NCBI GenBank assembly: GCA_902515985.1
Contig: CABXWY010000002.1
Coordinates: 91,448 to 155,447 of the forward strand
Reading direction: 5' to 3'
From: an uncultured Pelagibacteraceae bacterium
GTDB taxonomy: Bacteria > Pseudomonadota > Alphaproteobacteria > Pelagibacterales > Pelagibacteraceae
DNA length: 64,000 nt
Every line of letters begins with the position of its first letter. Positions within the stretch are counted from its first letter, which is position 1. The position numbers and the translations under genes are program-made. Positions 1 through 11,757 of this stretch are shown here, in pieces. The notes beneath the pieces were generated by a model that was given only the letters and a program-made list of their open reading frames with translations, did not search any database and was not told where the DNA came from.

Positions 1-777
1 AATTCTGAGGAAGTATTAACTAGGCATTTACTAAAGTTGTCGGAGATTGAAAATCAATTTCAAGATTTAACAAATAAATTTGAAGAAATAAATTTTAAGT
101 TAGATAAACTTTCTAATAGGCTCTCCAAATCTCAAGCTGATAATCAACTAAGATTTCAACAACTAGAAGGTATTACAACAGGTTTAGACATTAATGCTAA
201 TGCTAAAATTGAAAAAGAAGATAAAGTTTTGCCTGGTTCTTCTCAACCTCAGGATTTAGGTTCAATATCTTATAAAGACACAGAGACTAAAAAAGAAAAT
301 CAAGAGATACAATCAATTGAAACCACCAATACTGTTTTAACTGAAACTTTTGTATCTGAAGAAAAAATTTTACCCGAGGGTACACCTAATGAGCAATATG
401 AGTTTGCAACTAGTTTTTTGAAAGTTGGAGATTATAATATGGCTGAAAGAGCATTTAGAGAATTTGTAAAAAACAATCCAGAGCATAACTTAGCTGGTAG
501 TGCGCAATATTGGTACGCCGAAACTTTTCGTATACGACAACTTTTTACTGATGCAGCCTCTGCATATTTGGAGGGTTATCAAAAATATCCAGAGAGTCAG
601 AAGGCTCCTATAAATTTATTGAAACTTGGTGTATCATTAGTCCAGATAGGTGAAAAAGATCAGGGTTGCTTAATGATATCTGGTGTCAAGAAGGAATATC
701 CACAAGCTAATCAGTCTGTTCTGCAAAAAGCAAAATATGAAGAAAAAAAGTTTGAATGCAAAAAAGAGGAATCGTAA
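1..777 (+). CDS. cpoB: Tol-Pal system protein CpoB/YbgF (5'-partial)
   Basis: Frame open from base 1; coiled coil then TPR region (AQYWYAETF, PINLLKLGVSL); lies directly upstream of tilS-ftsH. Confidence 0.85.
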   Translation, partial: NSEEVLTRHLLKLSEIENQFQDLTNKFEEINFKLDKLSNRLSKSQADNQLRFQQLEGITTGLDINANAKIEKEDKVLPGSSQPQDLGSISYKDTETKKENQEIQSIETTNTVLTETFVSEEKILPEGTPNEQYEFATSFLKVGDYNMAERAFREFVKNNPEHNLAGSAQYWYAETFRIRQLFTDAASAYLEGYQKYPESQKAPINLLKLGVSLVQIGEKDQGCLMISGVKKEYPQANQSVLQKAKYEEKKFECKKEES

Positions 778-1765
778 TAGAACAACTTTTTTTTTAAAGA
801 AAATATTTATCAAAAAAATTTATAAAATATTCGAAAAAAATGTTGACGGAATCGATAAATCATTAGTAGCTATTTCTGGAGGACCAGATAGTTTATCATT
901 AGCATTTTTAACTAAGTGTTATTCAATTTTTAATTCGGTAAAATTCAACTATGCATTGGTTGATCATAAGCTTCGAAAGGAGTCTTCTATTGAGGCAAAG
1001 AAAGTTGTGCAAATATTGAAAAAAATCGGTATCGAATGTAAAATTTTAACATGGAAAGGTAAAAAACCTGTTTCAAATATCCAGAAAATTGCAAGGAATA
1101 ATAGATACTATTTATTGACCAAGGAGTGTAACAGATTGAATGCAAAAACAATTTTATTGGGCCATCAAATGAATGATCTGCATGAGAATTTTTTTTTAAG
1201 AATGGCAAGAGGGAGTGGTTTAAAAGGATTGGCATCTTTTGGTAAAAATTCAGAATTCTTTAATATAAAATTATTAAGACCTTTAATTGAAGTACCAAAA
1301 AAAGATCTTGAAAAACTTACTTTAGAAGTATTCAAAACATTTATAAAAGATCCCTCAAATAAAAATGATGATTTTACAAGAGTAAGAATAAGAAAAGTTC
1401 TTGGAGAGTTTTATAAAGAAGGCTTAGAAACCAAAAAAATAGATTTAACCATCAATAATTTAAGATCCGCAAATGATGCATTAGATTTTTTTGCTAAAAA
1501 AAATATTAAGGAAAATGCAACCTTTTATGAGAGAAAAGAATCATACTTTTTAAAAAAAAACTTTTTTCTTAACCCGGAAGAAGTATTATTAAGATCAATT
1601 AGTGAGATTCTCAAAAATCTTAGTGGCAGATATTACCCTCCAAGAGGCAAGAAAATTAGAAGACTGATATCAATGATGAATTCTGAAAATATGGCTAAAA
1701 AAAGTACTCTAGGAGGATGTGTTATTGAAAAAGTCCATGAAACAGTTAAAATTAATAAAGAATAA
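737..1765 (+). CDS. tilS: tRNA(Ile)-lysidine synthetase
   Basis: PP-loop AISGGPDS, VDHKLR, LLRPL, DPSN; ATG at 737 preferred over ORF-finder start 683. Confidence 0.93.
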   Translation: MKKKSLNAKKRNRNRTTFFLKKIFIKKIYKIFEKNVDGIDKSLVAISGGPDSLSLAFLTKCYSIFNSVKFNYALVDHKLRKESSIEAKKVVQILKKIGIECKILTWKGKKPVSNIQKIARNNRYYLLTKECNRLNAKTILLGHQMNDLHENFFLRMARGSGLKGLASFGKNSEFFNIKLLRPLIEVPKKDLEKLTLEVFKTFIKDPSNKNDDFTRVRIRKVLGEFYKEGLETKKIDLTINNLRSANDALDFFAKKNIKENATFYERKESYFLKKNFFLNPEEVLLRSISEILKNLSGRYYPPRGKKIRRLISMMNSENMAKKSTLGGCVIEKVHETVKINKE

Positions 1766-1798
1766 CTTATCAAGGTCAAATTACCGCAAAAATAGACA

Positions 1799-1824
1799 CT
1801 TGTTTAATTTAAAATAACTCTTAT
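1799..1824 (+). promoter_or_regulatory. Putative sigma32 (RpoH) promoter of ftsH
   Basis: CTTG-N17-CTTAT, resembling the alphaproteobacterial RpoH consensus. Confidence 0.4.
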
Positions 1825-1827
1825 TTT

Positions 1828-3738
1828 ATGAGTATGAATTTCAAAAATTTAGCAATGTGGGCAATAATTGTATTCCTTACCATTGGTTTGTATAACATGT
1901 TCAAGAATCCTCAGGCGACTGTAGGAAATAAGAACCAAATTAATTTCTCAGAGTTTCTTACTGAAGTGGAAAATGGTAGAGTTGTACAAGTTGAGATTAA
2001 AGGAAATAACATCAATGGCGTTTTAGCAGATGGAAATAATTTTACTACCTATGCCCCTAATGATCCAAATTTAATTGAAAAACTTTCTTCGAAAGGTGTT
2101 TCTATATCAGCAGCACCTTTAGATGAAAAAATGCCATCTTTATTTGGTGTACTTCTTTCATGGTTCCCAATGCTTCTTCTAATAGCAGTATGGATATTTT
2201 TTATGAGACAGATGCAAGGAGGCAAAGGTGGAGCTATGGGCTTTGGAAGATCAAAAGCAAAAATGATGAATGAGTTAAAAGGAAAAGTTACATTTAATGA
2301 CGTTGCTGGAGTTGAGGAAGCTAAAGAAGAAGTAGAGGAAGTTGTTGAATTTTTAAGAGATCCAAAAAAATTTAGTAGATTGGGTGGAAAAATTCCAAGG
2401 GGGTGTTTGTTAGTGGGCCCTCCTGGAACAGGTAAAACATTATTAGCTAGAGCGATAGCTGGAGAAGCAGGAGTACCTTTTTTTACAATTTCAGGGTCAG
2501 ACTTTGTTGAAATGTTTGTTGGGGTTGGAGCTTCAAGAGTTAGAGATATGTTTGAACAAGGAAAAAAACACTCACCATGTATAATTTTTATTGATGAAAT
2601 AGATGCAGTAGGTAGAAGCCGTGGAGCTGGATTGGGTGGTGGAAATGATGAAAGAGAGCAAACTTTAAATCAGTTACTAGTAGAAATGGATGGCTTTGAT
2701 ACCAATGAGGGTGTTATAATTATTGCCGCAACAAACAGACCTGACGTTTTAGATCCAGCACTTTTAAGACCAGGTAGATTTGATAGACAGGTTGTGGTTT
2801 CAAATCCAGATATAATTGGTAGAGAAAAAATACTAAAAGTCCATGCCAAAAAAATATCAATGGCTCCAGATGTTAATTTAAGAACAGTTGCTCGCGGAAC
2901 GCCAGGATTTTCTGGTGCTGATTTAGCAAATTTAGTGAACGAGTCGGCATTATTAGCTGCAAGAAAAAATAAAAGAATTGTAACAAATCAGGAATTTGAA
3001 GAAGCAAAAGACAAAGTTATGATGGGTGCAGAAAGAAGATCAATGGTTATGACAGAGGACGAAAAAAAATTAACTGCATATCACGAAGGAGGTCATGCTT
3101 TGGTATCGTTTAATATGCCTAGTTATGACCCAATACATAAGGCAACTATAATACCTAGAGGAAGAGCTTTAGGAATGGTAATGAACCTTCCTGAAAGAGA
3201 TAAGCATGGGCATTCAATTAAATACTTGAAAGCGAGATTAGCAGTATGCTTTGGGGGAAGAGTTGCAGAAGAGCTTATATTTGGAAAAGATAATATTTCG
3301 ACGGGCGCTGGAGGAGGAAATGGTTCAGATATAAACCAAGCAACCCAACTTGCAAGGGCAATGGTAACCAAATATGGAATGAGTGAGGAATTGGGCCCCG
3401 TAGAGTATGGAGAGAATCAAGAGGAAGTTTTTCTTGGAAGATCTGTAACTCAAACACAGAGCGTTTCTGAGGCTGTGGCTCAAAAAATTGACAAAGAGAT
3501 TAGAAAATTAGTCGATGAAGGATATAACCAGGCAAAAAAAATACTATCTGATAAGATTGATGATTTGCACAAAATTGCTAAAGCATTATTAACTTATGAA
3601 ACTCTGACTGGAGAGGAAATTGAAAATATAATTAATAAAAATGAATTTCCCAAAGGTAAGGAAGACCCTAAAGATGATGAACAAGATCAAAGCTCAGCTT
3701 TGGGCACGATTGGTTTAAAACCAAAAATAGTTCATTAA
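1828..3738 (+). CDS. ftsH: ATP-dependent zinc metalloprotease FtsH
   Basis: Two TM helices, Walker [17 protein letters not shown] zinc motif. Confidence 0.98.
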   Translation: MSMNFKNLAMWAIIVFLTIGLYNMFKNPQATVGNKNQINFSEFLTEVENGRVVQVEIKGNNINGVLADGNNFTTYAPNDPNLIEKLSSKGVSISAAPLDEKMPSLFGVLLSWFPMLLLIAVWIFFMRQMQGGKGGAMGFGRSKAKMMNELKGKVTFNDVAGVEEAKEEVEEVVEFLRDPKKFSRLGGKIPRGCLLVGPPGTGKTLLARAIAGEAGVPFFTISGSDFVEMFVGVGASRVRDMFEQGKKHSPCIIFIDEIDAVGRSRGAGLGGGNDEREQTLNQLLVEMDGFDTNEGVIIIAATNRPDVLDPALLRPGRFDRQVVVSNPDIIGREKILKVHAKKISMAPDVNLRTVARGTPGFSGADLANLVNESALLAARKNKRIVTNQEFEEAKDKVMMGAERRSMVMTEDEKKLTAYHEGGHALVSFNMPSYDPIHKATIIPRGRALGMVMNLPERDKHGHSIKYLKARLAVCFGGRVAEELIFGKDNISTGAGGGNGSDINQATQLARAMVTKYGMSEELGPVEYGENQEEVFLGRSVTQTQSVSEAVAQKIDKEIRKLVDEGYNQAKKILSDKIDDLHKIAKALLTYETLTGEEIENIINKNEFPKGKEDPKDDEQDQSSALGTIGLKPKIVH

Positions 3739-3744
3739 TCCTTA

Positions 3745-4797
3745 ATGGATAAATATTACACTAAACCGTGTAATTTTTATTTTGGAAAGCAATCTGAAAA
3801 AAAAGTCAAAGATAAACAATCTCTACCACTGGGGGGAAATAACTCTATATCATTTGATTCTATAGAAATAATTTCGAGAAAAAAAAGTAAATTTATTAAT
3901 ATTAATAAAATAAATAGTCTAAACAAAAGTTTAAAAGAAAAAATAAATTTTGATATTTCAAACATAGTAAAAAAAAAATATTTTAAAAAACTGAATTTTA
4001 TAAATACTCCAATTTTGATGGGCGTAATAAATATGACTCCAGATAGTTTTTCTGACGGTGGAAAATTCAATAAATTAAGTTCTGCCGCAAAACGTGCAAA
4101 ATATTTCATTAAAAAGGGATGTAAAATAATTGATGTTGGAGGCGAGTCTACAAGGCCAGGTTCAAAAGAAATTAATTTTAGAAGAGAATGGAAAAGACTG
4201 GAGGGTTTTTTAAAAAAAACTAAAAAATTAAATTGTTTAATCTCATTAGACACAAGAAAAAGTCAAATTATGGAGTATGCTTCTAAGTATGAAGTAGATC
4301 TAGTAAACGACATATCGGGATTAAATTATGATGTATCTACAATTGAGTTTTTAAGGAAATCTAAAAAACCATTTGTACTTCATCATAGCAAAGGTTCACC
4401 CGAAAATATGCAAAAAAAACCAATGTATAAAAATGTGCTTTTGGATATTTATGATTTTTTTGAGAGTAAATTAGAAACAATTAACAAAAATGGCATTAAA
4501 CATAGAAATATAATTTTAGATCCAGGAATAGGTTTTGGTAAAAATTTGAAACATAATATTACTCTTTTGAAAAATGTTTCCATTTTCCACTCTCTTGGTT
4601 ATCCTGTAATGTTAGGAATATCTAGAAAGAAATTTATTAAGGATTTAGTAAACATAAATGATAGTAAAGAAAGGATAGGAGGAACAATATCATCTAGTAT
4701 ATGGTTAATGATGCAAGGCGTGCAAATCTTAAGAGTCCACGATTTTAACGAAATAAATCAAGCAATAAAAGTTTTTAGATCTTTAAGTTTTAAATAA
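3745..4797 (+). CDS. folP: Dihydropteroate synthase
   Basis: MGVINMTPDSFSDGG, DVGGESTRPG, DPGIGFGK, RVHD. Confidence 0.95.
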   Translation: MDKYYTKPCNFYFGKQSEKKVKDKQSLPLGGNNSISFDSIEIISRKKSKFININKINSLNKSLKEKINFDISNIVKKKYFKKLNFINTPILMGVINMTPDSFSDGGKFNKLSSAAKRAKYFIKKGCKIIDVGGESTRPGSKEINFRREWKRLEGFLKKTKKLNCLISLDTRKSQIMEYASKYEVDLVNDISGLNYDVSTIEFLRKSKKPFVLHHSKGSPENMQKKPMYKNVLLDIYDFFESKLETINKNGIKHRNIILDPGIGFGKNLKHNITLLKNVSIFHSLGYPVMLGISRKKFIKDLVNINDSKERIGGTISSSIWLMMQGVQILRVHDFNEINQAIKVFRSLSFK

Positions 4798-6131
4798 TGT
4801 CAAAAAAATATTTCGGAACTGACGGTATTAGGGGTATGGTTAATGACCAAAAAATCAACGGTGAAATGTTTTTTAAATTTGGTTTAGCGGCAGGTACTTA
4901 TTTTAAAAATTTAAAAAAAATAAAACAAATTGCTGTTATTGCAAAAGATACAAGACTATCTGGTTACACTTTGGAACCGGCGTTGGTATCTGGTTTAGCT
5001 TCAGCTGGTATGCACGTCTTTACTCTTGGACCATTACCCTCAAATGGTTTAGCCATGCTTACAAAAAAAATGAAAGCAAATTTAGGTATAATGATTACCG
5101 CCTCACATAATCCATACCATGACAATGGTTTAAAATTATTTGGACCCGATGGTTTAAAGCTATCAGATAAAATAGAGAGAAAAATAGAAAAACTAATCGA
5201 CTCTAAAATTGTCAAAAACTTAACATTACCAAAAAACTTAGGCAGAGTAAAAAGATTAGAGAATGCAACTGACTCATATATAAAAATTTTAAGAAAAAAC
5301 TTTCCTAAAGATTTTAGTCTTAAAGGAATCAGGATAGCAATAGATTGTGCGAATGGCGCTGGCTATAAATCTGCACCAAAATTACTTAAATCTTTGGGTG
5401 CAAAAGTTTATGATGTTGGTGTTTCACCAAATGGATTAAATATCAATGACAAATGTGGTTCTACCTTTCCAAAAAAAATAAAGATGCTTGTTTCAAAAAA
5501 AAAAGTCGATCTCGGAATATCTTTGGATGGAGATGCCGATAGAATTATTATTTGCGATGAAAACGCAAAAATTATCGACGGTGATAAAATTATCGCTATG
5601 TTAGCTGGTCGATGGAAAAGAAAAAAAATTTTAAAAGGCGGAGTAGTAGGTACTTTGATGTCAAATTTTGGTTTAGAAGTTTTTTTTAAAAAGAATAATA
5701 TAAAATTTTTGCGAGCAAATGTTGGAGATAGGTTTGTAAAAGAAAAAATGCAAAAAAATAATTTTAATCTTGGTGGGGAACAGTCAGGACATATAATATT
5801 AGGAAAATTTGCAACGACAGGAGATGGCTTGTTGGTTGCGCTTGAAATACTTTTCTCAATGAGAAAAGGTGAAAAAGCAAGTAATTTATTCAGTACCTTT
5901 AATCCAATTCCTCAAGTTTTAGAAAATGTAACAGTAAGAAATAAAAATATTATAAATTCATTGGAGTGTAAAAAAGCAATTAAAGAATCAAAAAAATTAT
6001 TAAATAACAATGGAAGAATTTTAGTTAGAAAATCTGGAACAGAGCCAAAAATAAGAATCATGGTTGAAACAATAAATAAAAAGCTATTATTGAAATGTAT
6101 TAATATTGTAAAAAGGTCTTTGGTCAATTGA
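4797..6131 (+). CDS. glmM: Phosphoglucosamine mutase
   Basis: FGTDGIRG, TASHNP, DGDADR, GGEQSGH. Confidence 0.96.
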   Translation: MSKKYFGTDGIRGMVNDQKINGEMFFKFGLAAGTYFKNLKKIKQIAVIAKDTRLSGYTLEPALVSGLASAGMHVFTLGPLPSNGLAMLTKKMKANLGIMITASHNPYHDNGLKLFGPDGLKLSDKIERKIEKLIDSKIVKNLTLPKNLGRVKRLENATDSYIKILRKNFPKDFSLKGIRIAIDCANGAGYKSAPKLLKSLGAKVYDVGVSPNGLNINDKCGSTFPKKIKMLVSKKKVDLGISLDGDADRIIICDENAKIIDGDKIIAMLAGRWKRKKILKGGVVGTLMSNFGLEVFFKKNNIKFLRANVGDRFVKEKMQKNNFNLGGEQSGHIILGKFATTGDGLLVALEILFSMRKGEKASNLFSTFNPIPQVLENVTVRNKNIINSLECKKAIKESKKLLNNNGRILVRKSGTEPKIRIMVETINKKLLLKCINIVKRSLVN

Positions 6132-6940
6132 AAATAAAATCAAAATTATTGATTATTGCTGGGTCTGACTCTTCTGGTGGAGCCGGAATTCAGGCAGATA
6201 TCAAAACTGCGACTTCATTAGGATCGTATGCGATGACAGCAATAACTGCACTGACAGCTCAAAATACAACTGGTGTATTGTCCATTGTAAAGATTTCTAG
6301 TGAAGAGATCTCAAAACAAATTGAATACACTGCTAAAGATATTAAACCAGACGCAATTAAAATTGGAATGCTTCATTCTGAAAAAGTAATAAATGCTGTA
6401 ATAAAATCACTAAAAAAGATTAAAGCAAAAAAAATAATTTTGGACCCAGTTATGGTCACCACTAGTGGTGTTAAATTAATTGATCAAAAAGCTATTATTA
6501 AGATAAGGAAACAATTAATAAAAAAGGTTGAATTAATAACACCAAATGTTCCTGAGGCTGAGATACTCACTAACCTTAAGATTCAATCAGTTAGTGATAT
6601 GATTTTTGCTGCACACAAGTTGATCAACTTAGGTGCAAAAAATGTACTTTTAAAAGGAGGTCACTTAAATGGAAAAACTATAACAGATATATTTGTAAAT
6701 AAAAAAGAAATTAAAATATTTAAAAATAAAAAAATTCCTACAAAAAATTTGCATGGCTCAGGTTGTTCGTTATCGAGTGCTATTGCAACTTACTTTTCAT
6801 GTGGAAAAACTCTAAAGAAATCTTGTGAGTTAGCTATTAATTATGTTAACCATTCTATTAAAAGCAACCCAAAATATGGCAAAGGAAATGGACCTTTAAA
6901 TCACTTAATAAGTTTTAAAATAAATAAAAAATATTTATGA
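6128..6940 (+). CDS. thiD: Hydroxymethylpyrimidine/phosphomethylpyrimidine kinase
   Basis: [29 protein letters not shown]. Confidence 0.95.
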   Translation: MKIKSKLLIIAGSDSSGGAGIQADIKTATSLGSYAMTAITALTAQNTTGVLSIVKISSEEISKQIEYTAKDIKPDAIKIGMLHSEKVINAVIKSLKKIKAKKIILDPVMVTTSGVKLIDQKAIIKIRKQLIKKVELITPNVPEAEILTNLKIQSVSDMIFAAHKLINLGAKNVLLKGGHLNGKTITDIFVNKKEIKIFKNKKIPTKNLHGSGCSLSSAIATYFSCGKTLKKSCELAINYVNHSIKSNPKYGKGNGPLNHLISFKINKKYL

Positions 6941-8229
6941 ATAATGTAGCAGTTATTGGTTCACAGTGGGGAGATGAAGGAAAAGGTAAGATTGTTGATT
7001 GGCTTTCTAGTGAAGCTGATATTGTTATTAGATTCCAAGGAGGTCATAATGCTGGACATACTTTAGTAATAGATGGAGTTACATATAAGCTAAGATTGCT
7101 TCCATCGGGTATAGTTCGGAAAAATAAAATTTCAATAATCGGAAATGGAGTCGTTATAGATCCTTGGGCATTACTTCAAGAGATAGAAGAGATAAAGTCA
7201 AAAGGTGTCGAAGTTAATGTTGATAATCTAATTATTTCAGAGTCTGCAAATTTAATATTACCTTTTCATAAGGAAATGGATGAAATTAGAGAAGATGCTG
7301 CTGGCAAAGCTAAGATAGGAACGACTAGAAGAGGAATTGGTCCCGCTTATGAAGATAAAGTTGGAAGAAGATCAATTAGAGTAATGGATCTTATTTCAGA
7401 GAATAATCTTGACCAAAGACTTGAAACAGTGCTTTTACACCACAACGCTATTAGAAAGGGGCTAGGTAAGAATATATTTCAAAAGGATAAACTCAAAGAA
7501 GATTTGTTAAAAATTGCGCCTAAAATTTTGAAATTTTCTCAACCTGTATGGAAAAAAATTTATGAATTTAAGAAACAAAATAAAAAAATATTATTTGAGG
7601 GAGCCCAGGGTATATTGTTAGATGTTGATCATGGTACCTATCCATTTGTAACATCATCTAATACGGTTGCATCCGCTGCAGCAACTGGTTCTGGATGCGG
7701 ACCAAATTCTATCAATTATGTTTTAGGAATAACCAAAGCTTATACAACAAGAGTAGGTGAAGGGCCATTTCCCACTGAATTGAAAGACGAAATTGGAGAA
7801 AAGCTAGGAAATAGAGGAAAAGAGTTTGGAACAGTAACAAGTAGAAAAAGACGTTGTGGATGGTTTGACGGAGTTTTAGTTAGACAAACAATAAAAATTT
7901 CTGGAATTGATGGCATCGCTCTTACCAAACTTGATGTTTTAGATGAATTAGATGAAATTAAAATGTGTGTAGCTTATGAAATTAATGGGAAAAAAGTAGA
8001 TTATCTTCCTGCGGCAGTAGAGGATCAACTAAAAGTAAAACCAATATACAAGTCTTTTCAGGGGTGGAAATCCGAAACTAAGGGAATTAAAAAATTTGAT
8101 GATTTACCTAAAAATGCAAAAGATTACATAAAAGAGTTGGAAACTTTTGTAGAAACTAAAATTTCTAGTATATCAACTAGCCCAGAAAGAAACGATACAA
8201 TCTTGATAGAAGATCCTTTCAAGGACTAA
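6937..8229 (+). CDS. purA: Adenylosuccinate synthetase
   Basis: [21 protein letters not shown]. Confidence 0.98.
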   Translation: MNNVAVIGSQWGDEGKGKIVDWLSSEADIVIRFQGGHNAGHTLVIDGVTYKLRLLPSGIVRKNKISIIGNGVVIDPWALLQEIEEIKSKGVEVNVDNLIISESANLILPFHKEMDEIREDAAGKAKIGTTRRGIGPAYEDKVGRRSIRVMDLISENNLDQRLETVLLHHNAIRKGLGKNIFQKDKLKEDLLKIAPKILKFSQPVWKKIYEFKKQNKKILFEGAQGILLDVDHGTYPFVTSSNTVASAAATGSGCGPNSINYVLGITKAYTTRVGEGPFPTELKDEIGEKLGNRGKEFGTVTSRKRRCGWFDGVLVRQTIKISGIDGIALTKLDVLDELDEIKMCVAYEINGKKVDYLPAAVEDQLKVKPIYKSFQGWKSETKGIKKFDDLPKNAKDYIKELETFVETKISSISTSPERNDTILIEDPFKD

Positions 8230-9116
8230 TTAGCAGGTAAAAGATTTTTAGATTTTGCCGAATTAAGCATATGTTTTTGCAATTTTTCAAAAGCTTTATT
8301 TTCAATTTGTCTAATTCTTTCCCTACTAATTTTAAATATCTTACTTAAATCCTCTAAAGTTTTTGGCTCTTCATCCAGTCTTCTTGCAAAAAGAATTTGT
8401 TTTTCTCTGTCACTTAATATTTTGATAGAGTCTTTCAAAAGATCTTTTCTTTGTTCCATTTCTTCTTGTTGAGCAAACTTTAATTCTTGATCCATATCGT
8501 TGTCTACTACCCAATCTTGCCACTCATCACCATCTTCACCAATTGGAGCATTCAAAGATTGTTCTCGACCTGAAAGTCTTCGATTCATGGATACAACTTC
8601 ATTTTCAGTTACATTGAGTTTGTTAGCAATATCCTTAACATGTTCATCTCTTAAATCACCCTCGGTCCTAGGTGCAATTTGGTTTTTCAATTTTTTAAGA
8701 TTAAAAAATAATTTTTTTTGCGCAGTTGTGGTTCCAATTTTTACCAAGCTCCAAGATCTTAAAACATATTCCTGAATTGATGCTTTTATCCACCACATAG
8801 CATAAGTTGCCAGTCTAAAACCTTTTTCTGGCTCAAACTTTTTTACAGCCTGCATAAGTCCAACATTTCCTTCAGAAATAATTTCATTAAGCGGCAAACC
8901 ATAACCTTTATAACCCATTGCGATCTTTGCAACTAATCTTAAATGACTTGTAACTAATTTCTCCGCAGATTTAATATTTCCAGTAGATTTCCAATTTTTT
9001 GCTAGCATGTATTCTTCCTCAGCATCTAACATTGGAAATTTTTTGATTTGATTCAAATAGGCAGCTAAACCACCCTCGTTAGATAATACTGGGAACTTTA
9101 TAGATGTTGCATTCAT
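8226..9116 (-). CDS. rpoH: RNA polymerase sigma factor RpoH
   Basis: Sigma70-family regions with RpoH box QKKLFFNLK. Confidence 0.96.
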   Translation of the reverse strand: MNATSIKFPVLSNEGGLAAYLNQIKKFPMLDAEEEYMLAKNWKSTGNIKSAEKLVTSHLRLVAKIAMGYKGYGLPLNEIISEGNVGLMQAVKKFEPEKGFRLATYAMWWIKASIQEYVLRSWSLVKIGTTTAQKKLFFNLKKLKNQIAPRTEGDLRDEHVKDIANKLNVTENEVVSMNRRLSGREQSLNAPIGEDGDEWQDWVVDNDMDQELKFAQQEEMEQRKDLLKDSIKILSDREKQILFARRLDEEPKTLEDLSKIFKISRERIRQIENKAFEKLQKHMLNSAKSKNLLPAN

Positions 9117-9158
9117 AATGTTATTTATTTAATAAAATATTTTAATATTTCAATGGTT

Positions 9159-10136
9159 TTATTTACAAGCATTTTTAAGCTTTTTTATGACTAATTCTAG
9201 ATCTTCAGGTAAACTAGATCCAAATTCTAATTGTTTTCCAGTCCTTGGATGAATAAAACCTATATTCTTTGCATGTAAAAATTGTCTATTTAAATTAGTA
9301 AGTGTTTTTTCAAGATTAAAATCTATATTTTTAATTTTTTTAAATCTTTTTTTATATTTTTTGTCACCTAAAATATTATTTCCCTTAAAAGTCATATGAA
9401 CTCTTATTTGATGAGTGCGCCCTGTTTCAAGCTCGCATTCAACTAAACTAAATGTTGGTATATTAATGTTTTCAAAAACATTTAGAGTTCTGTAATTTGT
9501 TATAGCTTTTTTTCCCTTTGAAAAGCTCACTTCCATAAGCTGTCTATTCTTAGAACTTCTTTTGATAAAAGTTTCGATTTTACCTTTTTGTGGTCTAAGT
9601 TTACCCCATATTAATGCTTGATAAACTCTTTTAATTGTATGTTTATTAAATTGATCCGATAAATTTTCGTGAGATTTATTATTTTTCGCAACCAATATTA
9701 AACCTGATGTATCTTTATCCAATCTATGGACAATTCCAGGTCTTAATTCATCACCTATATTAGAGAGTCTCTTATTATAATTTATAAGTGCGTTTACAAT
9801 TGTGTTATCGTAGTTGCCTGCTCCTGGGTGCATTGATATTCCTGCACTTTTATTAATGACCAATAAATCCTCATCCTCAAATATAACATTCAATTTATAT
9901 TTGTAAGGTTTTAGAGACATTTGTTTAGGCTCTGGAATTTCTAGGATCAAAATATCACCAACAAAAATTTTTTTTGAAGGATCTTCAATAACTTTTTTAT
10001 TTATTTTTAATTTTGATTTAATTATTAAGTTTTTAATTCTTGTCCGACTCAATGTTCTCTCCTTATTGGCAATAAATTGATCTACACGTTGATTATCTTC
10101 CAATTTCTGAACAATTAAATTAATGATATTTTTCAT
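9159..10136 (-). CDS. rluD: RluA/RluD family pseudouridine synthase
   Basis: S4 domain, HRLDKDTSG, TGRTHQIRVH; upstream of rpoH. Confidence 0.9.
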   Translation of the reverse strand: MKNIINLIVQKLEDNQRVDQFIANKERTLSRTRIKNLIIKSKLKINKKVIEDPSKKIFVGDILILEIPEPKQMSLKPYKYKLNVIFEDEDLLVINKSAGISMHPGAGNYDNTIVNALINYNKRLSNIGDELRPGIVHRLDKDTSGLILVAKNNKSHENLSDQFNKHTIKRVYQALIWGKLRPQKGKIETFIKRSSKNRQLMEVSFSKGKKAITNYRTLNVFENINIPTFSLVECELETGRTHQIRVHMTFKGNNILGDKKYKKRFKKIKNIDFNLEKTLTNLNRQFLHAKNIGFIHPRTGKQLEFGSSLPEDLELVIKKLKNACK

Positions 10137-10159
10137 AGATTATAATATTAATACTATAT

Positions 10160-10236
10160 GCGCTTGTAGCTCAACTGGATAGAGCGCCAGATTTCGGCTC
10201 TGGAGGTTCAGGGTTCGACTCCTTGCAGGCGCACCA
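10160..10236 (+). tRNA. tRNA-Arg(UCG)
   Basis: Acceptor GCGCTTG/CAGGCGC + ACCA, anticodon arm CCAGA-TTTCGGC-TCTGG, T loop GTTCGAC. Confidence 0.93.
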
Positions 10237-10238
10237 AA

Positions 10239-11030
10239 TTATTCCCCTATATTAATTAAAGAACCTTTTTTTCTGGCTTGACTGAAAGAGTAATAAAATA
10301 ATGAGATACCTATTAATAAGTAAATTGCATTTAATATGAATGCATCTCTTAAGTTTGAGTAATTTACAACTTTATTTACTAGGATTGATCTAGCTTCTTC
10401 GAAAATGTAGACAAGAGGTAATCCTTTTGCAATATTTTGAAATAAATCTGGTAAAATTTCAATTGGATAGTATATGCATCCTAAGGGAGCAAGTAAAAAT
10501 AAGGACGACCATGCAATATTTTCAAAAGCTGGACCATATCTAAGCAAGCCAGATGAAACAAAAAGACCAAGAGTTATTCCAAAAATATATAAACTTAAAA
10601 ATAAAAAAAACAAAGGTATACCCAGGTTTAATATTGATATACCGAATAAAGGAGAGGTTATTAATATAGCTGGAACTAAACCAATAAGAGTTCTAATTAA
10701 CGCTGTACCGACTAAAGCAGTGATAATTTCACTTATACGCATAGGTGCAATGAATAAGTTTGTAAAATTTCTACTCCATATTTCCTCTAAAAATAACATA
10801 TTAAAGCTAATACTTGATCTAAATAAAAAGTCATAAAGAATAGCGCAAGTTAAAATTACTCCAACAGTATTATTATAATAATCACTATAAATTGTAAAAA
10901 ATTTGGAAATAAAACCCCACAATATAATTTGTATCGTCGGCCAATAAATTAAATCAAGAATTCTAGGAAATGATCCTTTTATTAAAAAAAAATGTCTCAA
11001 AAATAATCCATATATTCTATTAAGATTCAT
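10239..11030 (-). CDS. ABC-2 type exporter permease
   Basis: About six TM segments, IYYPIEILP motif; coupled to the ATPase. Confidence 0.88.
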   Translation of the reverse strand: MNLNRIYGLFLRHFFLIKGSFPRILDLIYWPTIQIILWGFISKFFTIYSDYYNNTVGVILTCAILYDFLFRSSISFNMLFLEEIWSRNFTNLFIAPMRISEIITALVGTALIRTLIGLVPAILITSPLFGISILNLGIPLFFLFLSLYIFGITLGLFVSSGLLRYGPAFENIAWSSLFLLAPLGCIYYPIEILPDLFQNIAKGLPLVYIFEEARSILVNKVVNYSNLRDAFILNAIYLLIGISLFYYSFSQARKKGSLINIGE

Positions 11031-11754
11031 TATTATTCCTATTAAGTTTTAAAAATACTTCTTCAAGATTTCTTTTCCCGTGTTTTTTGATTAGATTATC
11101 AGGAGTACCTTGATCTATAATTACTCCATTGTTCATCATTAAAACATTTTTACATAAACGTTTTACTTCATCCATATTGTGTGAAGCTAATAGAATAGAC
11201 ATATTCTTCTCTTTCGATATTTTTTCAATAAAGGATCTTACAAAATCTCCAGTTTCAGGGTCTAGAGATGCTGTAGGTTCATCCAGGAATAATATAGATG
11301 GCTTATTGATCAATGCTTTAGCTAAACTTACTCTATTTTTTTGCCCTGAAGAAAGCTCACCAGTTTTGGTATTTATAAATTCATTTAATCTAAGCTTTTC
11401 AGACAAATATTTAATTCTTTCAGAAATTAACTTAACTCCGTATAGCTTTCCATAAACAATTAAATTTTCTTTTACGGTTAATTTTTTTGGAAGTTCGATA
11501 TAAGGAGATATAAAATTCATTTTATGAAGTAAAGATATTCTATTTTTTTCTATATCTTGACCATGGATTATAACCTTTCCTTTTGTTGGCTCTAATAAAC
11601 CCAGCATCATCGCTATCGTAGTTGTTTTGCCACAACCATTTGGACCAAGCAAACCCAATATTTCGTTTTCGTTAATTGTAAAGCTTATTTGTTTGACCGC
11701 TTCTTTATTTAAATAATTTTTTGATAAATTTTCTACAATAATTGATTTTTGCAT
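11020..11754 (-). CDS. ABC transporter ATP-binding protein
   Basis: GPNGCGKTT, LSSGQ, LDEPT. Confidence 0.93.
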   Translation of the reverse strand: MQKSIIVENLSKNYLNKEAVKQISFTINENEILGLLGPNGCGKTTTIAMMLGLLEPTKGKVIIHGQDIEKNRISLLHKMNFISPYIELPKKLTVKENLIVYGKLYGVKLISERIKYLSEKLRLNEFINTKTGELSSGQKNRVSLAKALINKPSILFLDEPTASLDPETGDFVRSFIEKISKEKNMSILLASHNMDEVKRLCKNVLMMNNGVIIDQGTPDNLIKKHGKRNLEEVFLKLNRNNNES

Positions 11755-11757
11755 AAC

